Shown here: in pieces, positions 63,500-64,000 of the stretch
Layout: each line of letters begins with the position of its first letter
Numbering within the stretch: the stretch's first letter is position 1
The notes under the pieces: generated by a model
Databases searched by the model: none
Told to the model about the DNA's origin: nothing
What the model saw: only the letters and a program-made list of their open reading frames with translations
Made by a program: the position numbers and the translations under genes
Assembly: GCF_009914755.1 (NCBI RefSeq)
Contig: NC_060925.1
DNA: 64,000 nt
Reading direction: 5' to 3' (one strand)
From: the human T2T-CHM13v2.0 reference genome, Homo sapiens

Positions 63500-64000
63500 C
63501 AAAAGCTGAGGGTATCTCAGGCAAAAGGGGATAGCTGGTCATGTTCCACTAGATCCCTAAACCAAAGACACAGGGTCACTAACATAACATGGTAGGCACC
63601 ACCCTACTGTTTCTGACACTACCTTTAGTTCTACTACTGCAACTATTATTTATATTCTGAGAAAAATTTTTAAATAGATTACATAAAGTTAAAATTAAAT
63701 GATATCAAGAAAAGGCATCTAAAATGTAGGATACATGACTAGTAAACTAGAAAAGATAAGAAAAGCATACAGGCAAAGTAAAACAACACAAAGGCAGAAC
63801 AAAAATCCACCGTAGAAAGAAATAGTTTCTATCAAGAGAATAGAAATCTGAATCAGTGAAACAGAAGACAAACTACAAACATTCATGGAAAATTAAGGGA
63901 AAAAAGATAAAACATAAAACTTATAAAGGGAGAAAGGGCAGATAAGGAGGATAGGCTACAAATGTCTAATCAAAGATAATAAGGTGCTATGCTACCATGG
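63500..64000 (+). mobile_element. Old L1M 5'/ORF1 region fragment
   Basis: A-rich, with gaatcagtgaaacagaagacaaactaca and similar ORF1-like wording; weak. Confidence 0.45.

Overview
This is primate genomic DNA, almost certainly human: it carries a near-perfect AluYa5. It is AT-rich and dominated by interspersed repeats, with no CpG-island promoter and no protein-coding exon I can recognise. By eye the + strand is A-rich and the youngest L1s lie on +, which suggests a very large intron of a minus-strand gene that I cannot name. Main features: a full-length but dead L1PA4/5-type LINE-1 (54175-60310) with an open antisense ORF0; a 5'-truncated L1PA (18888-20355); a near-complete Tigger1 nested in MER2; three MER1B, MER20, MER82 and a hAT-Tip100-like element; MaLR and ERVL LTRs; about 25 Alu-family elements; and many old L1M, L2 and MIR fragments. 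Nearly all ORFs in the track are repeat-derived. I found no convincing new biological system. The best leads are a 13-nt insertion apparently templated from 1.9 kb away, a captured CpG-decayed GC-rich fragment fused to a tail-less Alu, two L1s sharing apparently non-consensus variants, L1 ORF0/antisense promoter pointing at minus-strand exon-like units, and a roughly 4-kb repeat-poor block with exon-like signals. Repeat subfamily names come from my recollection of consensus sequences, and boundaries of old elements are approximate.
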